Shown piece by piece: positions 27,790 to 37,939 of a stretch of 64,000 nt of DNA. The stretch is from an uncultured cyanobacterium (GTDB lineage: Bacteria; Cyanobacteriota; Cyanobacteriia; Cyanobacteriales; Nostocaceae). Made by a program: the position numbers and the translations under genes. The notes beneath the pieces were generated by a model. The model had not been told where the DNA came from, ran no database searches, and saw only the letters and a program-made list of their open reading frames with translations. Positions within the stretch are counted from its first letter, which is position 1. Each line of letters opens with the position of its first letter. The stretch lies in assembly GCA_963706595.1 (NCBI GenBank), contig OY970166.1:2112001-2176000 (forward strand), read 5' to 3'.

Positions 27790-30444
27790 ATGCAGCCTAC
27801 AGATCCCAATAAATTTACTGATACAGCCTGGGAAGCAATTGTTAAATCTCAGGATATAGTCCGCGCCTATCAACAGCAGCAACTAGATGTGGAACATCTA
27901 ATTATTGCCCTTTTACAAGAACCTACAAGTTTAGCTGTCCGGATTTTCGCTCGCGCTGAAGTTGATCCCGTACGCTTACAACAGCAATTAGAAGCTTTTA
28001 CCCAGCGTCAGCCGAAAGTCGGTAAAAGTGATCAGCTTTATCTGGGGCGTAACTTAGATGTGTTACTGGATAAGGCTGAAGAAGTTAAGGTGAGGATGCA
28101 GGATGCCTACATCTCAGTAGAACATATAATTTTGGCTTTCGCTGAAGATGAACGGATTGGACGGCGGGTAATGAAGGCTTTTAAGGCGGATAGCGCCAAG
28201 TTAGAAGCGAATATCAAAAGTGTGCGCGGTAGCCAAAAAGTGACAGACCAAAACCCAGAATCTCGTTATGAAGCTTTGCAAAAATTTGGCAGAGATTTAA
28301 CAGAACAAGCTAAAGCCGGGAAGTTAGACCCAGTAATTGGGCGGGATGACGAAATTCGCCGGGTAATTCAAGTCTTATCTCGCCGGAGTAAGAATAACCC
28401 TGTGCTGATTGGTGAACCTGGGGTGGGTAAAACTGCGATCGCGGAAGCTCTAGCACAGCGTATGGTAAATGGAGATGTCCCAGAATCTCTGAAAAATCGC
28501 CAGTTGATTTCCTTAGATATCGGGAGTTTAATTGCTGGGGCGAAATTGCGGGGGGAATTTGAAGAACGCCTGAAAGCAGTTCTCAGGGAAGTCACAGAAT
28601 CCAACGGTCAAATTGTCCTATTTATTGATGAACTCCACACCGTTGTGGGGACTGGTTCCAGTCAACAAGGGGCGATGGATGCGGGAAATTTACTTAAACC
28701 CATGCTAGCGCGGGGCGAATTGCGGTGTATTGGCGCGACAACACTGGATGAATACCGCAAACACATTGAAAAAGATGCGGCTTTAGAACGCCGTTTTCAG
28801 CAAGTATTTGTCGATCAGCCTAGTGTAGAAAATACCATTTCTATTCTACGGGGATTAAAGGAACGCTACGAAGTTCACCACAATGTGAAAATTTCTGATT
28901 CGGCTTTAGTCGCCGCCGCTACATTGTCCGCCCGTTATATTGCTGACCGCTTTTTACCAGATAAAGCCATTGACTTGGTAGATGAAGCCGCCGCCCAGTT
29001 GAAAATGGAGATTACCTCTAAACCCGCAGAATTGGAAACCATTGACCGCCGCTTGATGCAGCTAGAAATGGAAAAGCTATCCTTGGCTGGGGAAGAAAAG
29101 GAAACTGCACCAGCTAGGGAGCGTTTTGAGCGCATTGAGGCAGAAATTGCCACTTTGACGGTAAAACAGCAGGAATTTAATGAACAATGGCAAGGTGAGA
29201 AACAGCTTTTAGAGGCGATTAGTACTTTAAAGAAAGAAGAAGATGGCTTGCGGGTGCAAATTGAGCAGGCAGAACGGGCTTATGATTTGAATAAAGCTGC
29301 CCAATTGAAGTATGGTAAGTTGGAAGGTGTGCAGCGCGATCGCGAAGCCAAAGAAGCCCAACTATTAGAAATTCAAAACCAAGGTTCTACTCTGCTGCGA
29401 GAACAAGTCACAGAGTCCGATATTGCCGAAATTGTCGCCAAATGGACTGGTATACCCGTAAATCGGCTTTTGGCATCAGAACGCCACAAATTACTGCAAC
29501 TAGAAACTCATTTACATCAACGAGTCATCGGACAACATGAAGCCGTAGCCGCAGTATCCGCCGCCATTCGTCGCGCCCGTGCGGGGATGAAAGACCCCAG
29601 TCGTCCCATTGGTTCATTTTTGTTTATGGGACCCACAGGCGTAGGTAAAACCGAATTAGCCCGTGCTTTGGCGCAGTTTCTCTTTGATTCTGATGATGCT
29701 TTGATCCGTTTGGATATGTCTGAGTATATGGAAAAACACTCGGTTTCCCGTTTAGTGGGTGCGCCTCCGGGATATGTGGGTTATGAAGAAGGTGGTCAAC
29801 TTTCCCAAGCTGTGCGCCGTCATCCTTATTCGGTGGTGCTATTCGATGAGGTAGAAAAGGCACACCCAGATGTGTTTAATATTTTATTGCAGGTGTTAGA
29901 TGATGGCAGAATTACTGACTCACAGGGTAGGGCAGTAGACTTCCGTAACACAGTTATAGTCATGACTAGCAACATCGGTAGCGAATATATATTAGATGTT
30001 TCTGGTGATGATACTAAGTATGATATGATGCAAACAAGGGTGACAGATTCCCTGCGATCGCACTTCCGCCCCGAATTTCTCAACCGGGTAGATGATATCA
30101 TTATCTTCCATGCCCTCAGCCGTACCGAGATGCGCCACATCATCCGCATCCAACTCAAGCGGGTAGAAAAACTGCTGCGAGACCAAAAAATCTCCTTTGA
30201 AATCTCCGCCGCCGCCTGTGATTACTTAGTAGAAGCAGGCTATGATCCAGTTTACGGCGCACGTCCCCTGAAGCGGGCAATTCAGCGAGAAGTAGAAAAC
30301 CCCCTCGCCACCAAATTATTAGAGAATACCTTTATCCCTGGAGACACAATTTTCATCGAAAAAGAAGACCAGGGTTTAACCTTCAGTAAAACCATGCCGG
30401 TTAAAGTCACCGTTTCACCATCTTCTGTAAAAGTGTTGGAATAA
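27790..30444 (+). CDS. clpB: ATP-dependent chaperone ClpB
   Basis: Two AAA modules ([16 protein letters not shown]) and a coiled-coil M domain. Confidence 0.97.
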   Translation: MQPTDPNKFTDTAWEAIVKSQDIVRAYQQQQLDVEHLIIALLQEPTSLAVRIFARAEVDPVRLQQQLEAFTQRQPKVGKSDQLYLGRNLDVLLDKAEEVKVRMQDAYISVEHIILAFAEDERIGRRVMKAFKADSAKLEANIKSVRGSQKVTDQNPESRYEALQKFGRDLTEQAKAGKLDPVIGRDDEIRRVIQVLSRRSKNNPVLIGEPGVGKTAIAEALAQRMVNGDVPESLKNRQLISLDIGSLIAGAKLRGEFEERLKAVLREVTESNGQIVLFIDELHTVVGTGSSQQGAMDAGNLLKPMLARGELRCIGATTLDEYRKHIEKDAALERRFQQVFVDQPSVENTISILRGLKERYEVHHNVKISDSALVAAATLSARYIADRFLPDKAIDLVDEAAAQLKMEITSKPAELETIDRRLMQLEMEKLSLAGEEKETAPARERFERIEAEIATLTVKQQEFNEQWQGEKQLLEAISTLKKEEDGLRVQIEQAERAYDLNKAAQLKYGKLEGVQRDREAKEAQLLEIQNQGSTLLREQVTESDIAEIVAKWTGIPVNRLLASERHKLLQLETHLHQRVIGQHEAVAAVSAAIRRARAGMKDPSRPIGSFLFMGPTGVGKTELARALAQFLFDSDDALIRLDMSEYMEKHSVSRLVGAPPGYVGYEEGGQLSQAVRRHPYSVVLFDEVEKAHPDVFNILLQVLDDGRITDSQGRAVDFRNTVIVMTSNIGSEYILDVSGDDTKYDMMQTRVTDSLRSHFRPEFLNRVDDIIIFHALSRTEMRHIIRIQLKRVEKLLRDQKISFEISAAACDYLVEAGYDPVYGARPLKRAIQREVENPLATKLLENTFIPGDTIFIEKEDQGLTFSKTMPVKVTVSPSSVKVLE

Positions 30445-30551
30445 AAACGCTCGTAGTGAGGGCTTTAGCCCTCTCTATTTCAACTTGCGTTTTCATCATT
30501 ACTATTGTCGGCTGGTATTACTTCCGCTAGCCATTGAACTATGGTCAGCCA

Positions 30552-31571
30552 TTAATCTGACCAGCGATGTCCCTCACCTTCTCTTTCCAAAAATTCTTTG
30601 AGTTTGTTCCTGTGTAGTTGTTGATATTCATCCAAACTCAACTGATTAACAATAATGCCAGAATCAATAGCAGGATCTAAATTTTTACCCTCAAGAAATG
30701 TTGCGATCTCGTCATGTACCCTTGGGTAATAGTGACTACCATCATAGGTGTTATCAGTACGCGTAGTTATTTCTGAAGGAAGAGAAAAGTCATAAGTTAT
30801 ATCAAAGCTTTTTGCAGCTTCATAAATGCCCTGTAGTTGACAGTTTAAAACGCCACGGGCGTAGATATCATTAAATGTTGTCCAGACAGAAACTGGGGAT
30901 ATATAACCAACTATCTCAGCATCGGGGAATATGCCACGTATTTGTTTGTAATAAACAGTGCGGGAAAAATTACATTTTTCGTTAGTTTTTTTATTGGAAA
31001 ATTTAGGCTTATATTTAGGGATGTGTGCAAAAACTTTTCCTTGAAAATTTTGATCATAAAATCTAGAATCTGGTAATTCACCCCTAATTATTCTTAGGGA
31101 AAATCTCAAAGTGTCTAACGATAAAAAGTAGGGCTGATACAAAGGAACTGGTTTTTTAATTTCAACATTACGCTTAAATGGTGTCGCCTTAATGTTTGAG
31201 GGAATAAAGTTAAATCCATCAATACCCACATATACTTTTTTAGGGTAAATTCCAATTGATTTGACATATTCTCCATATACAATGAATTCTTCAGCAGTTC
31301 CTGCACTAAAAGAGTAATTAAAACAGGTATTTTTTTTTAAGGATTTATTGTCTAATAAAGTTAATCGTGAGCTACCTAAAATTAGGCAATCATATTCTTT
31401 ATCACTGTTTAACAGTAAGTTGGTTTTAGTCAACCGTTCATTGAAAATAGAATTAACTTTTGTTAATTTGTTGCCTTTTCCGTACCAAAGTGGATCAATA
31501 GCAAGGTTAATTGAGCCAACAATTGATAAGAGCAAACCGACAAAACCAAAATATATTTTTAAATACCCCAT
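30552..31571 (-). CDS. Hypothetical SGNH-like protein associated with MBOAT
   Basis: N-terminal TM with DP, LILGSSR, DGSH (DxxH) motifs; directly after the MBOAT gene. Confidence 0.6.
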   Translation of the reverse strand: MGYLKIYFGFVGLLLSIVGSINLAIDPLWYGKGNKLTKVNSIFNERLTKTNLLLNSDKEYDCLILGSSRLTLLDNKSLKKNTCFNYSFSAGTAEEFIVYGEYVKSIGIYPKKVYVGIDGFNFIPSNIKATPFKRNVEIKKPVPLYQPYFLSLDTLRFSLRIIRGELPDSRFYDQNFQGKVFAHIPKYKPKFSNKKTNEKCNFSRTVYYKQIRGIFPDAEIVGYISPVSVWTTFNDIYARGVLNCQLQGIYEAAKSFDITYDFSLPSEITTRTDNTYDGSHYYPRVHDEIATFLEGKNLDPAIDSGIIVNQLSLDEYQQLHRNKLKEFLEREGEGHRWSD

Positions 31572-31582
31572 AATACTTGTCC

Positions 31583-33085
31583 TTAAAACTGAAAATATAA
31601 GAACTCGCCAACTTTGGTTAGGTGTAAAAGTGAAATTGCGGTTAAAATGGCTGTCACCACAGCGTAAAAGCCGTTAGGATACCACTGCAACTTAGACCAA
31701 AACAGATGATTGGATGATAATTTCTGGAGCTTCTCATAGTGCAGAACAGGAGCATATCTGCTCATCCACTCTTGAGTATTGGGCGTAAACCAAGTAATTG
31801 CAAGCAAGATAAAAGACTCAATAATGGCTGTTTTGATACTTGATTTAATAATTGTCGGACTTGATAATAAACCGTTAAAACCGAGCATACCCTTAACAAT
31901 AACAAAGGCTGTACCCATGTTTTCCGCCCTGAAAAATACCCACCCAAACACAACCGCTATAAACGTTATCAGCCAAGCAATTTTTAGACTTAGCCAATTA
32001 TCTACTGTCCATCCATACCTTTTTTGTAAAGCGTTCCATTGGTTGTTAATTACTAAGTAAGCTCCATGCAGTCCCCCCCAAAACACGAATTGCCACCCTG
32101 CACCATGCCAAAGCCCACCTAGCAGCATGGTAATCATTAAATTGAAGTTTCGCCTCGCTTCTCCTTTGCGATTCCCGCCTAGTGGTATATAGAGGTAATC
32201 TCGTAAGAAGTTAGAGAGGGTAATGTGCCACCTGCGCCAAAAATCACTAATACTTACACCTTTGTAGGGTGAAAAAAAGTTACTTGGCAATGTAATTCCA
32301 AACATTCTAGCTATGCCAATTGCCATGTCAGAATAGCCAGAAAAATCAAAGTATAACTGCAAAGTGTAGGCAATTGCACCAAGCCAGGATTCAAGAAATG
32401 CCGGAGAAGTGCCTTGAGCCGCAGCATTAAATACTGGGCTGACATAAACGGCGATGTTATCAGCCAACACCACCTTTTTGAATAGCCCCAAACTAAACAT
32501 AGTAATGCCTACAGAAAAATTTTCCGAATTAAAACGGTGTATGCTTTGATTAGCAAATTGCGGCATTACCTCTGAATGGTGAATAATTGGACCTGCTATT
32601 AATTGCGGAAAAAAGGTAATAAATAGACAATATTCTACAAAACTATAATTCTTTTGTTCTTTGTAAGCATCTACCAAGTAAGCTATTTGCTGAAAAGTGA
32701 AAAATGATATTCCTAAAGGTAGAATTATTTTCTGTAAATTCAAGTTTGCACCCAGCAAATCAGATGCAGAGGAAACGAAAAAGTTAAAGTATTTATAATA
32801 TCCAATCAATAACAGGTTGAAAATTACCCCTATTATTAGAAAAAGTTTTTTGTTTTTTGGTAAATCAAAAGATTTACTTATGCCGGAACTAATCAGAAAA
32901 TTAATAGTAATGGAAATAAGTATCAGCGCTAGATATTTAGGATTCCACCAGCCATAAAAAAATAAAGAAGCAAGTACCAGCGATATAATTGCTAAACGTT
33001 GATAACCGTATTTATTAAGACTAAAAAATATGAGCAGGGTGACTGGGAGGAAAAGAAATATGAATTCTACAGAATTAAACAGCAT
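31583..33085 (-). CDS. MBOAT family O-acyltransferase (AlgI/DltB-like)
   Basis: LPLGISFFTFQ, FPQLIAGPI, DFSGYSDMA, FWRRWHITLS, GLWHGA. Confidence 0.93.
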   Translation of the reverse strand: MLFNSVEFIFLFLPVTLLIFFSLNKYGYQRLAIISLVLASLFFYGWWNPKYLALILISITINFLISSGISKSFDLPKNKKLFLIIGVIFNLLLIGYYKYFNFFVSSASDLLGANLNLQKIILPLGISFFTFQQIAYLVDAYKEQKNYSFVEYCLFITFFPQLIAGPIIHHSEVMPQFANQSIHRFNSENFSVGITMFSLGLFKKVVLADNIAVYVSPVFNAAAQGTSPAFLESWLGAIAYTLQLYFDFSGYSDMAIGIARMFGITLPSNFFSPYKGVSISDFWRRWHITLSNFLRDYLYIPLGGNRKGEARRNFNLMITMLLGGLWHGAGWQFVFWGGLHGAYLVINNQWNALQKRYGWTVDNWLSLKIAWLITFIAVVFGWVFFRAENMGTAFVIVKGMLGFNGLLSSPTIIKSSIKTAIIESFILLAITWFTPNTQEWMSRYAPVLHYEKLQKLSSNHLFWSKLQWYPNGFYAVVTAILTAISLLHLTKVGEFLYFQF

Positions 33086-33310
33086 ACTTTGTTAAAAAAG
33101 AATGTGAAATATTTATCATTGTTCAACCTTGCAAAATACCACTAGCTTGGAGATAATAAGCTGAAAAAATCTTATTTTGCAGAACATATTCAAATACAAC
33201 TTTTGTGGAATGGGCATCTTGCTCGTCCAAATTGTGCAAGTTGAATGCTCAACAGCTTCTAACCTGATTAGTGAATTCAGCAGACGTGCTATTAAGTCAC
33301 GTCTTTATGT

Positions 33311-34027
33311 TTAAATTTTCTTAAAAATACCAACCCAGCCATCTTTTCTACCCAAGTAGCCAAATGACATTCGGCAAAGCAATGCACTGATGAACTCTAA
33401 CATCTGATATAGTTTTGTATCCCAGCCTCTGATATATTTTCCTCTAACTAAAGTGAATAGATAGTGCCTCTTACGAAATTGCACGTCTTTGAAGGCGAGT
33501 TTATTTTTAGAATAGTACTGCACCTGAGTAGCCTTTTTCCCAAACACCATGATAATAGACATGGGTGAATATGGTTTTATATGGTCAAAATCATCATAAA
33601 AATATTCATTTAATAAGGGAGTAGCAATAATTAAGTAGCCACTAGGTTTTAGTCTGTCTAGGTAATCATCGAGCCAGTCTTTTAAATCAGATGGATAAAA
33701 GTGTTCAATAATATGAGACATTAAAATACAATCAAACTTGTCTTCGTTATCGGCAAATTCTTCTACAGTTACACACTTCAAACCTTGCTTTTGATTGGCT
33801 TTAATAATTTCAGGATTGACATCTACACCTAATACATTATAGCCTGCTGCCATGAGTCCTAGCATCTTTTTACCATAGCCACAACCAACATCTAAAACCC
33901 GATAATTGGATTGATTATTTGGGGCATACTTGCCTAAAAATTTTATGATAATGGCTTGGTCATAGTCATACTTGGTTAATGAATAGAAAAATTTTTTGAC
34001 TTGTTCGTATAGATTACTCATGCCCAT
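33311..34027 (-). CDS. Class I SAM-dependent methyltransferase
   Basis: VLDVGCGYG, SHIIEH, LKPSG. Confidence 0.85.
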   Translation of the reverse strand: MGMSNLYEQVKKFFYSLTKYDYDQAIIIKFLGKYAPNNQSNYRVLDVGCGYGKKMLGLMAAGYNVLGVDVNPEIIKANQKQGLKCVTVEEFADNEDKFDCILMSHIIEHFYPSDLKDWLDDYLDRLKPSGYLIIATPLLNEYFYDDFDHIKPYSPMSIIMVFGKKATQVQYYSKNKLAFKDVQFRKRHYLFTLVRGKYIRGWDTKLYQMLEFISALLCRMSFGYLGRKDGWVGIFKKI

Positions 34028-34304
34028 AGTAATATTTTTTAGTAAAGGACAAAATCAAAGTTTTAAATGTTTGTTAGCTGATATGCTAGTACAGCACGGC
34101 GTAAATGAGTCCCCCTCGAAAATAGTTTAACTACCCAGAATCAACGCCTTTTGACAGAGATCATTTATAGTTAGACAACACATCGATCTGTGATAAGTAG
34201 GGAAATCCGAATACATTATATACAGATATCTCTGAATATTCAGGCATGATCACTTGAGCAACTGCCGATAAAATCCTCATTGAGAGATCATTTAATCATA
34301 GATT

Positions 34305-36269
34305 ATGTTAGAACAAGGCACTATCAGTATTCATACTGAGAATATTTTCCCAATCATCAAGAAGTCTCTGTACTCAGACCATCAAATCTTCCTGCGGGAG
34401 TTGGTATCCAACGCTGTAGATGCCATCCAAAAGCTGAATATGGTATCCCGCGCCGGGGAATTTGCCGGAGACATCGGTGAACCAGAAATCCAACTGGCTA
34501 TCGACAAAGAGAAAAAAACCCTTTCGATTACCGATAACGGCATTGGGATGACAGCAGAGGAAGTTAAGAAATATATCAATCAGGTAGCTTTCTCTAGTGC
34601 CGAAGAATTTATTCACAAGTATGAAGGCAAATCAGATCAACCAATTATCGGTCACTTTGGTCTGGGTTTCTACTCCTCCTTCATGGTGGCGCAAAACGTA
34701 GAAATTGATACTCTTTCATACAAAGAAGGGGCGCAAGCTGTCCACTGGACTTGTGATGGTTCACCAGCTTTCACCTTAGATGAATCACCCCGCACAACTC
34801 GCGGTACTACTATTACTCTGACTCTCCAAGGAGAAGAAGAGGAATTTTTAGAAGATGCACGAATTAAGAATCTTGTCAAGACTTATTGCGACTTCATGCC
34901 AGTACCAATTAAATTGGACGGTGAAGTATTAAATCGGCAAAAAGCACCTTGGCGGGAGTCTGCTAATAACCTAAGTGAAGAAGATTACTTAGAGTTTTAC
35001 CGCTACCTGTACCCATTTCAGGAAGAACCTTTGTTATGGGTGCATTTAAATACTGATTACCCCTTTATCATCAACGGGATTTTGTATTTCCCCAAAATGC
35101 GTCCCGATGTCGATGTTACCAAAGGGCAAATTAAGCTATTTTGCAATCAAGTTTTCGTCAGCGACAACTGTGAAGAGATTGTCCCGCAATTCCTGATGCC
35201 GATGCGGGGTGTGATTGATAGCACTGATATTCCCTTGAATGTGTCTCGGAGTGCTTTGCAAGGCGATCGCACAGTGAAGAAAATAGGCGATTATATAGCT
35301 AAGAAAGTAGGCGATCGCCTTAAAGAACTATACCGCGACAACCGCGAACAATACATCAGTGCCTGGAAAGACCTCAGCACATTTGTCAAATTTGGGGTTC
35401 TCAACGACGAGAAATTCAAAAAACAAATTGAAGATATCATCGTCTTCCGCACCACAGCCAAACTAGGTGAAAAAACCGAAACCCCAGCAGTAGAAGTACA
35501 GACTTCCGAAAGCGATGTGTGGCAAGATATCGCCGCCAACTCATCGACTCTTCCATACACAACCCTGAAAGAATACTTAGAACGTAACAAAGAACGTCAC
35601 GAAAATCGAGTATTTTACAGCACCGATGAAACCACCCAATCCACCTACATAGAACTGCACAAAAACCAAGGCTTAGAAGTCCTATTCATGGACTCCTTCA
35701 TCGACACCCACTTTATCAACTTCCTCGAACGGGAATACTCAGATGTCAAATTTACGCGAGTAGATTCCGACCTAGATAACACCCTGCTAGAGCAAGACAA
35801 AACCGGGGAAATAGTTGACCCCACAACCAACAAAACCAAGAGTGAGGTAATCAAAGAATTATTTGAGAAATCCCTCAACAAACCCAAACTCAACATCCGT
35901 ACCGAAGCCTTGAAATCAGACGACCCCCAAGGCACACCACCAGCCATGGTACTATTACCAGAAATTATGCGTCGCCTGCGGGAAATGAACGCCATGATGC
36001 AGCAGCAGAATGCAGATTTTCCTGAAGATCACATTTTATTGGTAAATACCGCTCATCCCCTGATTCAAAACCTAGCCAACCTCAACCAAGGTAGTATCAT
36101 TCAGGATGATGGTCAGACATCAACAAATCCCTTAGTGAATATGATTTGTCAACACGTTTATGATTTGGCGCTGATGTCTCAAAAAGGATTTGACGCAGAA
36201 GGAATGAAATCCTTCGTCGAGCGTTCCAACGAAGTCCTGACCAAACTCACAGAACAAGCCAGCAAATAA
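34305..36269 (+). CDS. htpG: Chaperone HtpG (Hsp90)
   Basis: FLRELVSNA.DA, DNGIGM, IGHFGLGFYS. Confidence 0.97.
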   Translation: MLEQGTISIHTENIFPIIKKSLYSDHQIFLRELVSNAVDAIQKLNMVSRAGEFAGDIGEPEIQLAIDKEKKTLSITDNGIGMTAEEVKKYINQVAFSSAEEFIHKYEGKSDQPIIGHFGLGFYSSFMVAQNVEIDTLSYKEGAQAVHWTCDGSPAFTLDESPRTTRGTTITLTLQGEEEEFLEDARIKNLVKTYCDFMPVPIKLDGEVLNRQKAPWRESANNLSEEDYLEFYRYLYPFQEEPLLWVHLNTDYPFIINGILYFPKMRPDVDVTKGQIKLFCNQVFVSDNCEEIVPQFLMPMRGVIDSTDIPLNVSRSALQGDRTVKKIGDYIAKKVGDRLKELYRDNREQYISAWKDLSTFVKFGVLNDEKFKKQIEDIIVFRTTAKLGEKTETPAVEVQTSESDVWQDIAANSSTLPYTTLKEYLERNKERHENRVFYSTDETTQSTYIELHKNQGLEVLFMDSFIDTHFINFLEREYSDVKFTRVDSDLDNTLLEQDKTGEIVDPTTNKTKSEVIKELFEKSLNKPKLNIRTEALKSDDPQGTPPAMVLLPEIMRRLREMNAMMQQQNADFPEDHILLVNTAHPLIQNLANLNQGSIIQDDGQTSTNPLVNMICQHVYDLALMSQKGFDAEGMKSFVERSNEVLTKLTEQASK

Positions 36270-36328
36270 AAACTGCCAAATCTGCTTTTTGACCTCACCC
36301 CGCCTTTGACTTACCCCCTCTCCTTACC

Positions 36329-36766
36329 CTACGGTGTACACACAAGTGATCTCATCACTACCAGTCCTCGAATTACCCCACCCTAACCCTCCCCTTGGAA
36401 AGGGGAGGGAACTAGATTTTCCGGTTTCCCCCCTTTCCAAGGCAGGGCTGTTTCATTCCCTCAAAGGCTTATTATGTCAAGGGATATTTAAAGCGATCGC
36501 TCTAAATATCCTGAGAAAAATTTGAATTTTTTGGATTGAAATGTAGGTTTTCCATGACTTCTGTCCCAAAAATTATCCCTAATGATATTGACAAATCCTC
36601 CCTCCTTATCGAATGAAACAGCCCTGCTTTCCAAGGGGGGATTAAGGGGGGTATTTCGACTTGTGTGTACACCGTAGCGCAAGGGAGGAGGGGAACTGGA
36701 TTTCCGGTTACATCTTGTTTTTAAGACTGGAAACTCTCTTTGATTCAGGATGTGTGTACAGCGTAG
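36329..36766. mobile_element. MITE-like element(s) with CTACGGTGTACACACAAGT terminal inverted repeats
   Basis: Left TIR 36329-36347; perfect right TIR 36659-36677; second degenerate right end 36751-36766; flanks CCTTACC / GCTTACC. Confidence 0.7.
36443..36626. mobile_element. 184-bp MITE nested inside the element above
   Basis: Perfect 16-bp TIR CAGGGCTGTTTCATTC / GAATGAAACAGCCCTG; 10-bp target duplication CTTTCCAAGG (36433-36442, 36627-36636). Confidence 0.85.
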
Positions 36767-36925
36767 GCTTACCAAGGACATTCCCCCCTCTCCTTGGTAA
36801 GGAGAGGGGTTGGGGGTGAGGTTCTGTATTTGATTATTGAAAATTAAATATCCGTTACTTGGAACCCCTGTATGCAGACTAAAATAGAAAGGTTGTATTA
36901 AAATAGAAAATTGGAGATAATTGTT

Positions 36926-37162
36926 ATGTCTCGTCGCTGCGAACTAACTGGTAGAAAAGCAAATAACGCCTTTGCAGTTTCTCACTCACACCGCCGTACC
37001 AAACGCCTGCAACACGCCAACCTGCAAAACAAGCGTGTTTGGTGGGCTGCTGGAAATCGCTGGGTGAGAATGAAGCTATCCACTAAAGCCATCAAAACCC
37101 TAGAAGTCAAAGGGTTAGAAGCAATGGCCAAAGAAGCTGGAATCAATCTGAATCATTACTAA
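36926..37162 (+). CDS. rpmB: 50S ribosomal protein L28
   Basis: [25 protein letters not shown]. Confidence 0.97.
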   Translation: MSRRCELTGRKANNAFAVSHSHRRTKRLQHANLQNKRVWWAAGNRWVRMKLSTKAIKTLEVKGLEAMAKEAGINLNHY

Positions 37163-37174
37163 GCTTGTGAACCT

Positions 37175-37494
37175 GTAGGGTGTGTTATGCCGTCAGGCTA
37201 ACGCACCATCCAGGACTTTCCGTGCTTTAAGACTAAAATCCATAACGCACCCTACTGGCGTGACAAGGCTAAAATGTTGCAATAGATTTTTGAGAAAATT
37301 GAGATAAATCAATGTTTTCTGCTTTCTTCTAATGCACTACTTTAAGCTTGTCAGTCCACTACTGGCGTGGCAAGCTTAAAATGATGCATTATATTTCTCT
37401 TGTGGAACAGGCATCTTGCCTGTTCTGGGCGGGCTAGAAGCCCACCCCACAATATTTATGTTTATGCACTACTTTAAGCTTGCCACGCCACTAC
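37175..37494. repeat. GTAG...CTAC REP doublet followed by two tandem MITE-like elements separated by CTAC
   Basis: REP doublet 37175-37255; element 37363-37490 has TGGCGTGGCAAGCTTAAA / TTTAAGCTTGCCACGCCA ends flanked by CTAC; degenerate sister at 37256-37358. Confidence 0.7.
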
Positions 37495-37523
37495 TGGCTG
37501 GACATAAAAGAATAGTTCCTACC

Positions 37524-37550
37524 AAAACCCCCCAAAATGGGGGGTTTTTT
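37524..37550 (+). terminator. Rho-independent terminator
   Basis: AAAACCCCCCA-AAA-TGGGGGGTTTTTT. Confidence 0.7.
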
Positions 37551-37939
37551 AATTGCTTCACATTACTTTATCTTTACTTGATATATTTTTTGAACCAAGT
37601 GGGTAGTATAAGATTACTCCGCTAACTATTCCTGTATACTTGACTGTTGCGAAAATACAGTTTAGCAAAATATAAGTGTAATTACGGTGTGATTGAGTTA
37701 ATAGTTCATAAATTAAATCTCTGGCAAAAATCAGTATTTTCCTTAAAATCTCAAAACTTTATCAATGCTATAACTTTAAGAAAAAATTTTTCATGTATTG
37801 ATATCGTATTTTTTTTCTGAGTTAGTTCAATAGGAAAACTTGTTATAAACAAAACTCGCCTGTAAATGTTCAGCAGGCATAATCTGTAATTGCGAAAGCA
37901 CGATAAACCCTTAAACAACCACTTGACAGGAAAGCAGCC

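Noticed and set aside
36334..36781. ORFs 36334..36525 and 36488..36781
   Set aside because: Lie entirely within nested MITE/palindromic repeats; no transposase motifs.
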